Assembly (NCBI GenBank): GCA_030141605.1
Contig: JAQGDQ010000157.1
Span: 323,266-387,265 of the forward strand
Source of the DNA: Tubiluchus corallicola
Taxonomy: Eukaryota; Animalia; Priapulida
Length of the DNA: 64,000 nt
Direction: 5' to 3'
The translations under genes were made by a program, and so were the position numbers. The notes beneath the pieces are model-generated. The model did not search any database and had not been told where the DNA came from. It saw only the letters and a list, made by a program, of their open reading frames with translations. The first letter of the stretch is position 1; each line of letters starts with the position of its first letter. This document shows, one piece after another, positions 50,701-57,213 of this stretch.

Positions 50701-52422
50701 TTTTTTCTCTGCTTTATGCTCTCATCTTTAGGCATTCAAAATGTAGCATTAAAATAATAATCTAAATTTATTTTAGCAGAAAAATTTACTATAAAATATT
50801 CTTAATTTGTCCTGTCAAATGTTTTGTGACTTTCGCCATTGTTCTGGCATACGCATTACGAATCTCAACTAATATTTAGTGGTCATACTGATCATTATAC
50901 TTTTTCTCACGTTTTTTTCATCTATACCTCCTGTCCTTAACATACTACTATACAGCTATATGAGAGGCACTGTTCCGGGTGCTATAAACATACAATTCAG
51001 CACCGCTTTCACAGCGGACGGTGATCTCGTTGCTTCTCCAGCTGTTTCTACGCTTTACGCTCACTATGGAAAAGTCATCGTCGTCATCGGCAACAGAGGC
51101 AGTAATGCCTCCAATGTAAGTTTCGTTGTATCAGGACTGGCGAGGATTGATCGTCAGTTACTGGTCGGTTTCTAGTAGCTGTTTTGTAAATCTAATGAGT
51201 TTTCCTATAATAGTTTAACTTTTTACACAAAATGTCTTAGAAAGTTAGTTAGCAATTTGCTGCATAATTTCTTTAGCTAGGCTGTTGTGGCAGGGTTGCC
51301 AGCCTAACATCAACCGAAGTCAGGAGTCAAGAACTAGCTATGACATATAAGCTCCCCCAATGGGGCCCGGGACGGAGCCCTGAAAACCAAGCATTTCCAG
51401 CACTTTACATGTTTTATGAGGTCAAAGCTAAAGTCAAGAAATTCAAACTACAAAGTAGTAAAAATTCTTGACTTTAGACTCCAATAAAGCCCTGAAAGTC
51501 TAAAACTCACAAAAGCACAAACAGTGTATGTCAATTTTTGGAGTTTCTTCCCAGTCATATTTCTTACGGTTTATGATTTTTCTGCGATTATTTTGCAATC
51601 AAATTATTAAGTGCTTTATGTTATGTGAATTAAAGTTAAAGTTAAAGGAAAAGAATACTTGATTTGCAGTATTTGCTGCTGCAGCAAAAATTGACAAAAA
51701 ATGTAGACGGGATAAAATAAGTAATTTATTAAAGTAATTTAATAAGTTTACTACCTTAGGGAACAAAGTCTCCTGTTTTTTTGGCTTAATCTTTTGCAAA
51801 GTTTCAATAGCATGCAAGTTGTATTTCCACTTTTTTCCCATTAAATTCCAATGTGATGGTCTAAATCAGAAGATTTCAGAATTTTTCAAAAATCCGATTG
51901 AGCTATGAATCTGTGACAGAATTTCAGCAAACTCCACGCCTAATCAGGAGTGGTGGCAACCCTATATTGTGGTGACAACCCTATGTTGACGAGGCATCTA
52001 TACCCTCCAAATGCAATGTTAAATCTAACTTTGCAGCCAGAGTTTGGGCGATCTTTGTCAGTCTGAGAACTAGTAGTGACCAATTACTGACCAATTTGTT
52101 GTAGAAGTAGAAGAGATGCAGATGCATTACAAGAAAATTTTGATGTTTATTCTGTATACATTCAATTGAAAATAAACTATATTTTTGACAAGAAATTAAC
52201 AGTTAGCGTCAGTTTTAGTTGTTTATTTTGTGCAAATACCATTATAATTACTGATATTGTGGCTGATTTTGAAATATTGGTTTATATTGCCTCATTGTTT
52301 AGTTCTTTCAGTTTGCAGATGTGCTCGTGAAGCTGGGATTCCCAAAAGTCTGTCTTCTGCATAAAGGGATTGACATCCTGAGGTCAACTGGTGTCCTCTG
52401 CGTGCCCACACCGGAAATATAG
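2585..52422 (+). CDS. TBCK: TBC1 domain-containing kinase-like protein (TBCK), 21 coding exons, 2622 nt spliced CDS = 873 aa
   Basis: Exon peptides are colinear with remembered human TBCK ([16 protein letters not shown]; DVDFPIG; [14 protein letters not shown]; [13 protein letters not shown]; [11 protein letters not shown]; [14 protein letters not shown]; YWQGLDSLC; [18 protein letters not shown]; SPRISAEDL). All 20 introns are GT..AG with compatible phases and the summed length is divisible by 3. Confidence 0.96.
3683..4211. mobile_element. hAT-like MITE
   Basis: CAGGGTCGG...CCGGCCCTG termini, subterminal CCCTAGG motifs, degenerate TSD. Confidence 0.6.
4356..4896. mobile_element. pogo/Tigger-like MITE
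   Basis: TA|CAGTAAGTCCTCGCTTAACGA ... TCGTTAAGCGAGAACTTACTG|TA. Confidence 0.8.
5042..5114 (+). CDS. TBCK: TBCK coding exon 2 ([10 protein letters not shown]...)
   Basis: ttttgttacag acceptor, AA|GTAATT donor; matches ERLVVVAE of TBCK. Confidence 0.88.
6036..6395. repeat. 60-bp minisatellite, 6 near-identical copies
   Basis: Unit CTGAAGCTGAGTCAGTTGCTACTACATCAGCAGACTCATACAGTAAATCAGCTAGCTCGG; one substitution (6293) and one deletion in the last copy. Confidence 0.97.
6945..7713 (-). mobile_element. Penelope-like retroelement remnant: GIY-YIG endonuclease C-terminus flanked by inverted ~100-bp pseudo-LTR copies
   Basis: Minus strand reads [41 protein letters not shown]; 6945-7045 and 7615-7713 are reverse complements. 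Confidence 0.8.
8622..8810 (+). CDS. TBCK: TBCK coding exon 3 (kinase catalytic loop [18 protein letters not shown])
   Basis: ctttttcgcag acceptor, GG|GTAATT donor. Confidence 0.94.
8905..9389 (+). mobile_element. hAT-type MITE family A, copy 1
   Basis: CAGTGGCGGC...GCCACCACTG termini; same internal sequence recurs at least six more times in the window. Confidence 0.85.
9967..10090 (+). CDS. TBCK: TBCK coding exon 4 (SPRYMAPE...DIWSFG)
   Basis: ttttag acceptor, TTG|GTAAGT donor; kinase subdomains VIII-IX. Confidence 0.94.
10635..11003 (+). mobile_element. MITE family A, partial copy
   Basis: Matches 3' portion of copy 1 and ends GCCGCCACTG. Confidence 0.75.
11447..11519 (+). CDS. TBCK: TBCK coding exon 5 ([12 protein letters not shown]...)
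   Basis: ttttgttacag acceptor, T|GTAATT donor; phases fit both neighbours. Confidence 0.82.
12732..12781 (+). CDS. TBCK: TBCK coding exon 6 ([16 protein letters not shown])
   Basis: tttctaaag acceptor, GAG|GTATGT donor; matches LAEEHG region. Confidence 0.85.
12901..13020 (+). CDS. TBCK: TBCK coding exon 7 ([28 protein letters not shown])
   Basis: ttttttgcag acceptor, CAG|GTACGT donor; kinase subdomain XI. Confidence 0.92.
13090..14690 (-). mobile_element. Decayed non-LTR retrotransposon (CR1/L2-like reverse transcriptase)
   Basis: [20 protein letters not shown]...LFADY corresponds to RT motifs GVPQGS.LGP.LF..YINDL / FADD; PWMNPRIR linker upstream; many stops. Confidence 0.8.
15061..16422 (+). 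CDS. Divergent ionotropic receptor (IR/iGluR-like, no amino-terminal domain), intronless, nested in TBCK intron 7 (IR-A)
   Basis: 453-aa ORF: hydrophobic N-terminus, S1 with ITMIPER, pre-M1 PFSTLVW, pore loop SYLQQG, M3 [12 protein letters not shown]...YTGTL (SYTANL-like), S2, M4, short tail. Confidence 0.9.
   Translation: MSLLSILKTCAIISYFLECLCIDRTLCKTETRYNWDNLHAFYGKDTTRQSYSLHGALPLRVGIWRDAAKPFCDHLLMMLSEAANFTYKVIYIKHWETPEDAIDTGEFDMLLGFITMIPERTKSMTFLHPVTYNSYVFIIKKHQLHGFNVTDPFSTLVWLLLILYGIAVGLILYYIDYGKIVLYKEEESTKCSNCQRRLEKATTKKESKAYFTLYTLSSYLQQGGTYLPQHLSARMLIGWWWIFASIITALYTGTLVSKLFVSKQVFPFNTLQELIDSDIIPATIGQFSSTRQMQTRPEYRQLWQRMKTDPNVPADNAETALELTATGKYTLFVGGIYAKLHLIEDYELHGQCRFSISPFFSFSAPSALVVPKESNHTEALNFALDTLKEHGLVDKLLHRLLQPLEKCLNSPKQHVSILSVNVEQLDVVFWGLISGIGVALFMVFSEFAYKKFM
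17415..18794 (+). CDS. Divergent ionotropic receptor, intronless tandem paralogue (IR-B)
   Basis: Colinear with IR-A over its whole length. ATG 17415 aligns with the IR-A start (an in-frame ATG also exists at 17391); 459 aa. Confidence 0.9.
   Translation: MSLVLFLKTCAIGFYFLECFCINTTLCKTETRAENCSSLYKQQNLHTFCGQNSSRQGYLLHGALLRVGIWKDASKPLFDQLLMMLSEAANFTYKVTYVKNWQTPKNAIDSGKFDLLMGLITVLPERAKSMMFLHPFTYSYRVFIIKRHQLQGFSVTDPFSTPVWLLLIIYGLAVGPIIYYIDHSENLPHKENKDKRNTNCQTRLEKGNAKKDSKAYFTWYTLSSYLQQGGKYLPHRLSARMLVGWWWIFASIITAMYTGTLVSKLFVSKLVYPFSTLQELIDSGIIPVTIGELSSTMQLKNRPEYKQLWQRMKMDPNVPAYQAEMALELTATGKYTFFVGGTYAKLYLIKDYKLHGKCRFSISPFLSFLSPSALVVPKKSNYTEALNFALATLKEHGLVDKLLQQLLLPLETCLDSPVQHVGTVSINVEQLDIVFWILISGIGVALFTFINELAYKKFM
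19371..19850. mobile_element. hAT (Charlie-like) MITE
   Basis: 16-bp TIR CAGGGGTGTGCAAATT with one mismatch; perfect 8-bp TSD GTCTAGGT. Confidence 0.92.
21059..21421 (+). pseudogene. 5'-truncated IR pseudogene (IR-C; S2 end and M4 only)
   Basis: Aligns to IR-B from about 18425; in-frame TAG 21080-82 and TGA 21113-15, 6-nt deletion; 3' flank homologous to the IR-B 3' flank. Confidence 0.88.
22440..23300 (-). mobile_element. Decayed RTE-like LINE (RT C-terminal part)
   Basis: YADDVA at about 23200-23220 (minus), KYL motif, [15 protein letters not shown]-terminal signature. Confidence 0.7.
23826..23910 (+). CDS. TBCK: TBCK coding exon 8 ([21 protein letters not shown]...)
   Basis: tttcatcttatgtag acceptor, G|GTAATG donor; resembles SLFSSSLRCADLTL; phase 0 in, phase 1 out as required. 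Confidence 0.75.
24361..25085. mobile_element. Non-autonomous DNA element with imperfect inverted termini
   Basis: GGACACTAGCCGAAATAGGACA mirrored by TGTCCTACTTCAGCTAGTG; GTCGTACATGG mirrored by CCATGTACGAC. Confidence 0.55.
25150..25300 (+). CDS. TBCK: TBCK coding exon 9 ([23 protein letters not shown]...)
   Basis: ttcttgcag acceptor, AA|GTACAA donor. Confidence 0.92.
25560..26333. mobile_element. TTAA-terminated (piggyBac/Kolobok-like) non-autonomous element, family B copy 1
   Basis: Colinear with 41750-42396; ends GGTCCTGAAGGAG|TTAA; left end uncertain. Confidence 0.7.
26591..26740 (+). CDS. TBCK: TBCK coding exon 10 (DGEGFG...YYPLIED)
   Basis: ttttttcag acceptor, CA|GTAGGT donor. Confidence 0.92.
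27366..27459 (+). CDS. TBCK: TBCK coding exon 11 (...[13 protein letters not shown])
   Basis: tttttctttactcag acceptor, CAG|GTATGA donor. Confidence 0.92.
27930..28424. mobile_element. pogo/Tigger-like MITE
   Basis: TA|CAGTGGCCGCCGCTTATT...AATAAGCGGCGGCCACTG|TA; CpG-rich, so probably young. Confidence 0.9.
29678..29812 (+). CDS. TBCK: TBCK coding exon 12 (TBC domain start, [14 protein letters not shown])
   Basis: ttttttcag acceptor, GAG|GTGAGT donor. Confidence 0.94.
30539..31038 (+). mobile_element. MITE family A copy
   Basis: Perfect 8-bp TSD GGTATCAG (30531-38 / 31039-46), consistent with hAT. Confidence 0.9.
31137..31499. mobile_element. pogo/Tigger-like MITE, decayed
   Basis: TA|CAGTTAAACCCC ... 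GAGGTGTGACTG|TA. Confidence 0.55.
31582..32112 (-). mobile_element. MITE family A copy, inverted
   Basis: Reverse complement of copy 1; TSD CTCTGAAT/GTCTCAAT (6/8). Confidence 0.88.
32305..32545 (+). CDS. TBCK: TBCK coding exon 13 (TBC catalytic IEVDIPR and YWQG motifs)
   Basis: ttttgttgtgatag acceptor, G|GTGTGT donor. Confidence 0.94.
32620..33025 (+). mobile_element. MITE family A, partial copy
   Basis: Matches middle and 3' part of the family. Confidence 0.8.
33728..33811 (+). CDS. TBCK: TBCK coding exon 14 ([15 protein letters not shown]...DNSPVIQ)
   Basis: cttttag acceptor, G|GTACCT donor. Confidence 0.93.
34549..34634 (+). CDS. TBCK: TBCK coding exon 15 ([17 protein letters not shown]...GFIPE)
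   Basis: taatacag acceptor, GAG|GTAAGC donor. Confidence 0.93.
34760..34890. repeat. Degenerate telomere-like (CCCTAA)n tract inside short inverted repeats
   Basis: taaccctaatctaa... units; flanks AGAGTTTACAGTTCCCC / GGGGACATTGTAAACT. Confidence 0.6.
35230..35266 (+). CDS. TBCK: TBCK coding exon 16 ([12 protein letters not shown])
   Basis: ttctttcag acceptor, C|GTGAGT donor. Confidence 0.93.
35381..35767. repeat. ~39-41-bp minisatellite, about 9-10 diverged copies
   Basis: Recurrent GAGTGACCTGGAGTCTGTGGACTTGATTTCATGGTAGTGT. Confidence 0.9.
37160..38113 (+). CDS. Intronless rhodopsin-family (class A) orphan GPCR, nested in TBCK intron 16 (GPCR-1)
   Basis: 317 aa, 7 hydrophobic segments, N-glycosylation sequons at N-terminus, [19 protein letters not shown], helix-8 region. 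Confidence 0.92.
   Translation: MPESNATDLNFTSSELIDGLHSSAIISINYIVYFVFMCMATTFSVVLNALFVTSVCKFRRLRSNANLILASLSVHECLIGVIVLVLEILLFIINHKEIGIVYNSVKCSQIAGYLAFANNIFGHLILVSVERYVAILWSLRYHQIVTFRRLKVFLAAVWCSSALQPALLFFPVWIKHSWDCEHAYTISYSLYHTLYILIIFILPVCALVVVYVRIWVAAVRQIKRIYTVTCVTERRSVQVENRATATIGITLFILVACWLIGFVHLIVQKWRQPAPEDYRATYVLITIGISMNPLAFGLRHKDMRRAFWSVLKCHSSL
38890..39846 (+). CDS. Intronless class A orphan GPCR paralogue (GPCR-2)
   Basis: 318 aa; [21 protein letters not shown]; colinear with GPCR-1. Confidence 0.92.
   Translation: MVELNFSDIDILNRTDLEEVQSRTASYSHIIYFVVCFILAILCIILNALLTILICKYRYLQSNANYVLTSLSVCECLAGAIVLVLESLIFATRQTGDNKTMNNDYHSIVCIQKTLYYVLSFSIFGHLLLVAIERYVAIMWSLHYHQIVTPRKLKASLIIVWCLSTLQPTWFYFPFWVKYSWQCNFETFGKIHSIYHIFYMLVFWVLPLCALVIVYVRIWIEAVRQTRRIRSVNSIAQRRSVQVENRATFTIGIIIFILIFCWMFTFAQVVINRWCDCIPGKNEIGYVLILFGCTMNPVVFGLRNSNVRSALSSMLKCT
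40450..41430 (+). CDS. Intronless class A orphan GPCR paralogue (GPCR-3)
   Basis: ATG 40450 (MLEVNSTES) aligns with paralogue starts (upstream in-frame ATG at 40414); ERY, CWFS, NPLVF; most similar to GPCR-1. Confidence 0.9.
   Translation: MLEVNSTESFVLNFTAEKELTNTFCDDTAFYKDIVYFVFMCMSSTFSIVLNVLFITSVFRFCQLQSNSNYIIASLSVSECLIALSALVLEVLLFTTKCKSDGSSNIYYSARCFQKSWYFALACNVFEHLLLVGIERYVAIVWSLRYHQIVTPRRLKASLAIAWCVSALQPLGLFLPFWIRHRQCFDVFTLSYATYYTLYMLTFIIAPLLGLVVVYARIWIIAVRQAKRIYETTSVIERRSAQIENRATVTIGIIICVFIACWFSGFIETIVHKWCQCVPGGYRICYVLVTIGISVNPLVFGLRHKDVRKAFWSILKCRSLTCSEQM
41719..42396. mobile_element. TTAA-terminated element, family B copy 2
   Basis: TTAA TTCCTTGAGGACC ... GGTCTTGAAGGAG TTAA. Confidence 0.75.
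42465..42684 (-). mobile_element. MITE family A, partial inverted copy
   Basis: Matches 31865-32112. Confidence 0.75.
43208..44170 (+). pseudogene. Class A GPCR paralogue with one in-frame TAG (43859-43861) after TM5 (GPCR-4); pseudogene, null allele or readthrough candidate
   Basis: ORFs 43208-43861 and 43922-44170 share one frame; the intervening codons ([10 protein letters not shown]...) align with AVRQIKRI of the paralogues; no other lesion seen. Confidence 0.85.
45083..45701 (-). mobile_element. MITE family A copy with internal duplication
   Basis: Perfect 8-bp TSD ATGTGGAC (45075-82 / 45702-09). Confidence 0.9.
46734..46895 (+). CDS. TBCK: TBCK coding exon 17 ([18 protein letters not shown]...FSDMP)
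   Basis: ccttgtgttacag acceptor, G|GTAGGT donor. Confidence 0.95.
47917..48691 (-). mobile_element. Internally deleted hAT transposon retaining the transposase C-terminal dimerisation region
   Basis: CAGGGCCAG...CCGGCTCTG termini, TSD AGTATATG/AGTATAAG; ORF 48169-48405 [26 protein letters not shown]. Confidence 0.85.
48749..48873 (+). CDS. TBCK: TBCK coding exon 18 ([12 protein letters not shown]...TPKSATFR)
   Basis: gtttgcag acceptor, TTG|GTAAGT donor. Confidence 0.9.
49400..49700 (-). mobile_element. RTE-like LINE 3' fragment
   Basis: [14 protein letters not shown] motif; similar to the fragment at 22.5 kb. Confidence 0.65.
49871..50043 (+). CDS. TBCK: TBCK coding exon 19 ([14 protein letters not shown]...LLVDVRN)
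   Basis: ttttgtgcag acceptor; ends at U12-type donor GA|GTATCCT. Confidence 0.92.
50044..50955 (+). other. U12-type (minor spliceosome) GT-AG intron of TBCK
   Basis: 5' splice site GTATCCT; branch site TCCTTAAC at 50934-50941 about 15 nt before the AG, with no polypyrimidine tract between them. Confidence 0.88.
50956..51115 (+). CDS. TBCK: TBCK coding exon 20 (rhodanese-like, [12 protein letters not shown]...GKVIVVIG)
   Basis: TCCTTAAC branch site then tacag acceptor; AAT|GTAAGT donor. Confidence 0.92.
51291..51964. mobile_element. hAT-like MITE
   Basis: CAGGGTTGCCA...TGGCAACCCTA termini; TSD TGTTGTGG/TATTGTGG. Confidence 0.8.
52312..52422 (+). CDS. TBCK: TBCK coding exon 21, terminal ([20 protein letters not shown]...PTPEI*)
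   Basis: ttctttcag acceptor, TAG at 52420-52422; matches [20 protein letters not shown]...PSPQI. Confidence 0.92.
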   Translation, partial: FADVLVKLGFPKVCLLHKGIDILRSTGVLCVPTPEI

Positions 52423-52434
52423 ACGTGACTGTAG

Positions 52435-53311
52435 CAGGGATGTGCTGATACGGGAACCTGTGTTCCTATCCGATGCCAATTATTTTCTCCTGTTGTTGTT
52501 GGCCGATCCGCTCCGATCACCGATCCGTGCGCCGCTCCGATGTCAGACCAAGCTGATATGATGGTATTATAACCGCTACAAGTTGCAGCCTGCAACAGTA
52601 ACTGCTGTTTATGCTTGATTGTGGGAAGTCAAAATAAAATATAATTATGACATTGGCTTGAAAATAAGATGACATTGACTTATTTTGCTGTTATAATTAT
52701 GACCCTTTTGTCCTGTAATGTACTAATTGTGTACTAGTTCTGTGTTCATAGCTACTGTTTTATTATTAATACCTTTAGTTAATTTTTGTTAGGGACAACT
52801 TTGTATAATATACTCGATGAAATATTTCACTCCCAATAGCAATAGATTTTTGATCTCACATAAAATCAACTCACGGTGAAAAGAATAACTAGCGATGGTG
52901 TTTTATGTAACTTTGTAGACGTGAAAGAAACACGTGATAGATTAGTAACGACCTCACAGGTACAGAATTTGAAGTTGAAAATATTTGCGTTTTACTCGAA
53001 TGAAACACCGGCTTTGTCAACACTTAAAAATTGCAACATTTGTACGTAAATGGTATGGTGAAAAGCGGAATAGAATTTTTGGAGAAACTGTTCACATTAA
53101 TGTATTACAATTGCATTCATTAGGCGCTAATAACAAAATTCTCAGTCAAAGTTTATTTCAGGTGTATTTAAAGCGAAAATTTATTTTACGGAAAATTATC
53201 GGCCTTGATATTTTGCCGATAGTAGAACATTTTCGACCCAATCTCCGATCTGTTCCAATGTGCTAGTTTATTTGCCGTTCTCCGATTATATATCGCATTG
53301 GCACATCCCTG
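52435..53311. mobile_element. hAT-like non-autonomous element in the TBCK 3' UTR
   Basis: CAGGGATGTGC...GCACATCCCTG termini, subterminal CCGAT repeats, TSD GACTGTAG/CACTGTTG. Confidence 0.78.
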
Positions 53312-54736
53312 CACTGTTGCACTAAGCAGCTTTCATGGATTGAAGGTCCATATTGGTCTTTGGCATAGAAAAGCTTTGCAACTGGGATATGTCTCGCTTT
53401 TCTACTGAAAATAATTAAGAGTTGAATTGCAAAAACAGTTTTAAAAGAGTTATCATTTTTTTCGTAAACGAGGAAATTCCTCCTAGTGTTTTGGTTTGTA
53501 TATAATGGGAAAATTTACCTTTAATAAACAAAAATTGCAGTTTTATTAGTAGTTTTGGCACGCCGTTACCTTGTGCTTTGACTCTAATCATGTGGCGCCA
53601 TCTACTGAAGCTAACTGAAAATTCCCGAAAGGTGGGTGCCTGTACTTTGCAAAGATGCAAGTTTAAACTGATCTGATCGTTGTGGTTGCAAGTGTTGCTC
53701 ATTTACCTCGTATCTAAAATTTATAATAATACCGCATATACATTAATTTGTATACAGAAATATTGGTTTTGCATGAGTCTTGGTTTTGAAAGAACTTATT
53801 GTAGAAATAAGCAAATTTCTACTCTTTATCCTGGAGTGAGGAAATTTATATGTCACAGTTACAGGCATTATCTGATAATTAAATTCTAATTACAAGGACT
53901 TGAAATGTCATGTAGAAGTGATATAATATTTAAGTTGTAGGTAAAAATCATCAAGCCTTATTGCTTTTATGACTTCATTACGGTATCTATGATTCGAACT
54001 TTAACAATGTTGGATTACAGTACAAAACGTTTTTTGTATTGCAAAAATACCAGTACATAAATCAAAGCTTTTATTCTATATACGTATTGTTTACTCTGCA
54101 TGCATGATCATTGTTCATTTATCCTAAAGACTTCTTGGACACTTTTTTCTTAACTTTGCACATGTGATATTAATTCATCCACGAAAGGTTCTTGGCTCAT
54201 TAGCATGTTTACGCTTGTGGTAATTTAGCATGTAGGCATAATAATAATTTAATAAATTTTGATGATGCTGTGGAAAAAGCAAGCTATAAAAACTTCACAA
54301 TGAGGTCTGTATTATCTTTTAGGTGGTAATTTTTTGACATTTGGTAGCTTCCTTGTGATCCAAATCATGGTGAATATTGTGGTGTTTCTGCCTAAAGGCA
54401 TTTTTCTTTGTAGCTATAGTAATATCGTACACGTGCTGATGAATCATCATATCCAAATTTGTAAATATATAAGTTTAACTGTGTTATGAAATGCAGTTCA
54501 CTTGTTATTTTTCAATGTCAAGCTTGAAAATTTTTCGATGTAATTTAGTAACTTGTAAATATGCATGTATTCTATAAGTGTAATAAAAACAAAAAATGTA
54601 TTTACAAATTAACTTTACCTGATTACTTGATTATTTGATTTTAAAGAAGTTACTATTGCTTGTTCTCTGTTGTCAGTTTCCCTGCCCCTTGTCTAACTAT
54701 TTCTCTCTCGGGTTACAGGTTTATTTTATCCATGTT

Positions 54737-54740
<4 letters not shown>

Positions 54741-54832
<92 letters not shown>

Positions 54833-54833
54833 C
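54741..54833. repeat. (CT)n microsatellite
   Basis: About 90 bp of CT dinucleotide. Confidence 0.98.
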
Positions 54834-55257
54834 CCCTCTTTCTCCAATCTACTTGCTCATGCTATCTTGATACTACTCAAAGTGTGAACTCAGTAAGTAA
54901 TTTGCAGGTACAAATCTCTCTTGAAAGGGCGTAAACACTAAGGTAAATTTCCGGGTACATTTGTGATTACAAGAATATGACTAAAGAGAAGAATGGACGA
55001 TCCAAAGTAAATACTAGAACAACGATATCGACTAATTTACCACAGCCAATACTGTGCTGAGCTTGTGTAAACGTGGGAACACTTTAGCTGAATTTGAAAG
55101 GGGTGTCTGGGATTGTGGGGACTGTGGGTGTTGCGTGAATGAAGAGCTTTACTTCCCTAAGCAGGTGCTTCATTTCTAGTCGATTCCTTTTTTTCTCTTT
55201 GTTCCTATCTCTCCTGCTAAATCCCCTACTGATAAAAATTACAAGATGGTGTAGATG

Positions 55258-55346
55258 TTTTGGATTTTTTAAATTTTTCATTAGCAGTTTTGGATTTTAA
55301 ATTTTTCATTAGCAGTTTTGGATTTTAAATTTTTCATTAGCAGTTT
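55258..55346. repeat. ~29-bp tandem repeat, 3 copies
   Basis: TTTGGATTTTAAATTTTTCATTAGCAGTT x3. Confidence 0.9.
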
Positions 55347-55399
55347 ATCACAAGTTTCTGTATAATATAAATATGTACTACTAATTATGATAAGGTCCT

Positions 55400-55680
55400 G
55401 TTCGTAATGGTCGCAATGATGATGCCAATGGCATTAGTGACGATGATCATAATGATGACGGATGTGATCATGACAGTTGTGGTGATGGTGGTGATAGTGG
55501 CGGTGGGTGGCAGTGGCGGTAGTGGTTAGTGGTTGCGAAGGTGGTATTGGTGGTTGTAGTGCTGGTACATTGGTGGTGGCAGTGACAGTAGTGGTAGGGG
55601 CTTAATGGTGGTGTCGGTGGTGTGCATAGTGGTTGTGGTGCTGGTGCAGTGGTGGTGCAGGTAGTTGGTGTACGTAGTTG
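55400..55680. repeat. (GAT)/(GGT)-rich low-complexity tract
   Basis: Degenerate trinucleotide repeats. Confidence 0.75.
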
Positions 55681-56399
55681 ACGTGTGCCAGTCTATTGTA
55701 GCTTTACCTTTGCTGTTTTCAATGTCAGTCTTCAGGTTTAGTTTATAGATGTCTTTATCTCGTTATTATTGTAGGTTTACATTACATTTTTTCCACTAGA
55801 AAGCTTTTTCTTACGTTTGACCTTGATTAAATGTCAAGCGGAAAGGGCAGTTAATCTGGATCATTGTTTTTTGGCGCAGAAGAGTTACTTTGTCGCTTTT
55901 ACTAAAGCTCCATCCGCTTCATATTTTTATTATTTCACTTCGAGCGTTCATTTAATCATTTTTTCTGCTACGCAAATTCTGCACATGCGCGTGTTTTCCT
56001 ATTTCGATTTTCTTATTTAATAATCTGCTAATCACAAATCTCAAGCGCGTTAACGTTTCAATTGTAGCGAAGTGGAACTTTTATACTTACACGACTTCAT
56101 ACCAACTTCCATTATAGGTTATTGCCAGCAATAAAGACAGGTATGATAATAACAAATTCACTAAAAGAAATGTTATCTATGGTTGAGCAAACGCCAGAGA
56201 GTTCACTGGCCACTATTACGTACGGGGAAACACACACATTGAGTTGCTGCGTTTTCCGCGTTTTAACTTTGCAGTTATATCCTCCCCACCACCCACTGCT
56301 TGACGACAAGTTATGACTCTAATTATTCAAATTCACCAGACAGTTAATTTGGTATCATTTATTTTGACTAGCATTAGGGTGTTTATATCTTACTTTAGA

Positions 56400-56620
56400 A
56401 TCAGTTATATGAAACTACGCACTACGTTTTCTACCGTGACTTTTCTACTGGCCACGCGTTGTGGGCGGGTCTGTGTGTCGGTTACCTGCGCAGTACGGAC
56501 AGGTGAGTCCACGTGAGCTGCAATCAGCGTATGTAGCGCTTACAGGAGTGTTTGCTAATTCACGTAGAGCGATTATTCGTGCATCCGGTTGCTAGTAAGC
56601 GAACAGCCGTTACCGGCAAA
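56400..56620 (+). promoter_or_regulatory. CpG-rich candidate promoter/first non-coding exon
   Basis: Local CpG enrichment, GC box GGGCGGG near 56463, E-box CACGTG near 56510, consensus donor CAG|GTGAGT at 56502/56503. Confidence 0.45.
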
Positions 56621-57213
56621 GTATTGTTGCTTTTCGTTTAGTGTAAATTGCACAGGTGTGTTTAATAGTTCTTATTTAGAGTGCTGCAATAAGCAATCAG
56701 CAATAGTTTTACTGGACACTAAATGGCGTCACAGTTTTAGTTTTTTTCCGGTGTTTTTGAATTATTATTATAATTGTTTATGCTTAAAAATGTTATTTTT
56801 GTGCAGTGCTGTTGTGTTCCTACTGCTTAGGCTAATAGGCCTACATTTTTGACTGGCCTATCGTGATTAGAATTTTTCATCTATTTCAATTTGGTATTTG
56901 AAGCGGGGATGTGTGTGGGATTCCCGTAGAGATGACCTTTTGTGGGAACATCGTGGTAGTGGGAAATAGACTGGCTCCCAGCTCGAATGAGAAGGATGGG
57001 AATTGCACAAGAAAATACTGATGCCATTGTATTTCGTTTTGTTAAGAACTCTACGAAATCAAAGCTAGTTGAATGACAGCAAACCGAAAAAAGCAGACTG
57101 ATGCACCATGTGCTTAAGTTAAACTAATTTTAACTAGAATTTCCTAGAAAATCGCAAAAGTTTCTTTATTAACAGGTGTTTTGCTATTGCCTGTTAATTG
57201 CAAAACAATCAAA

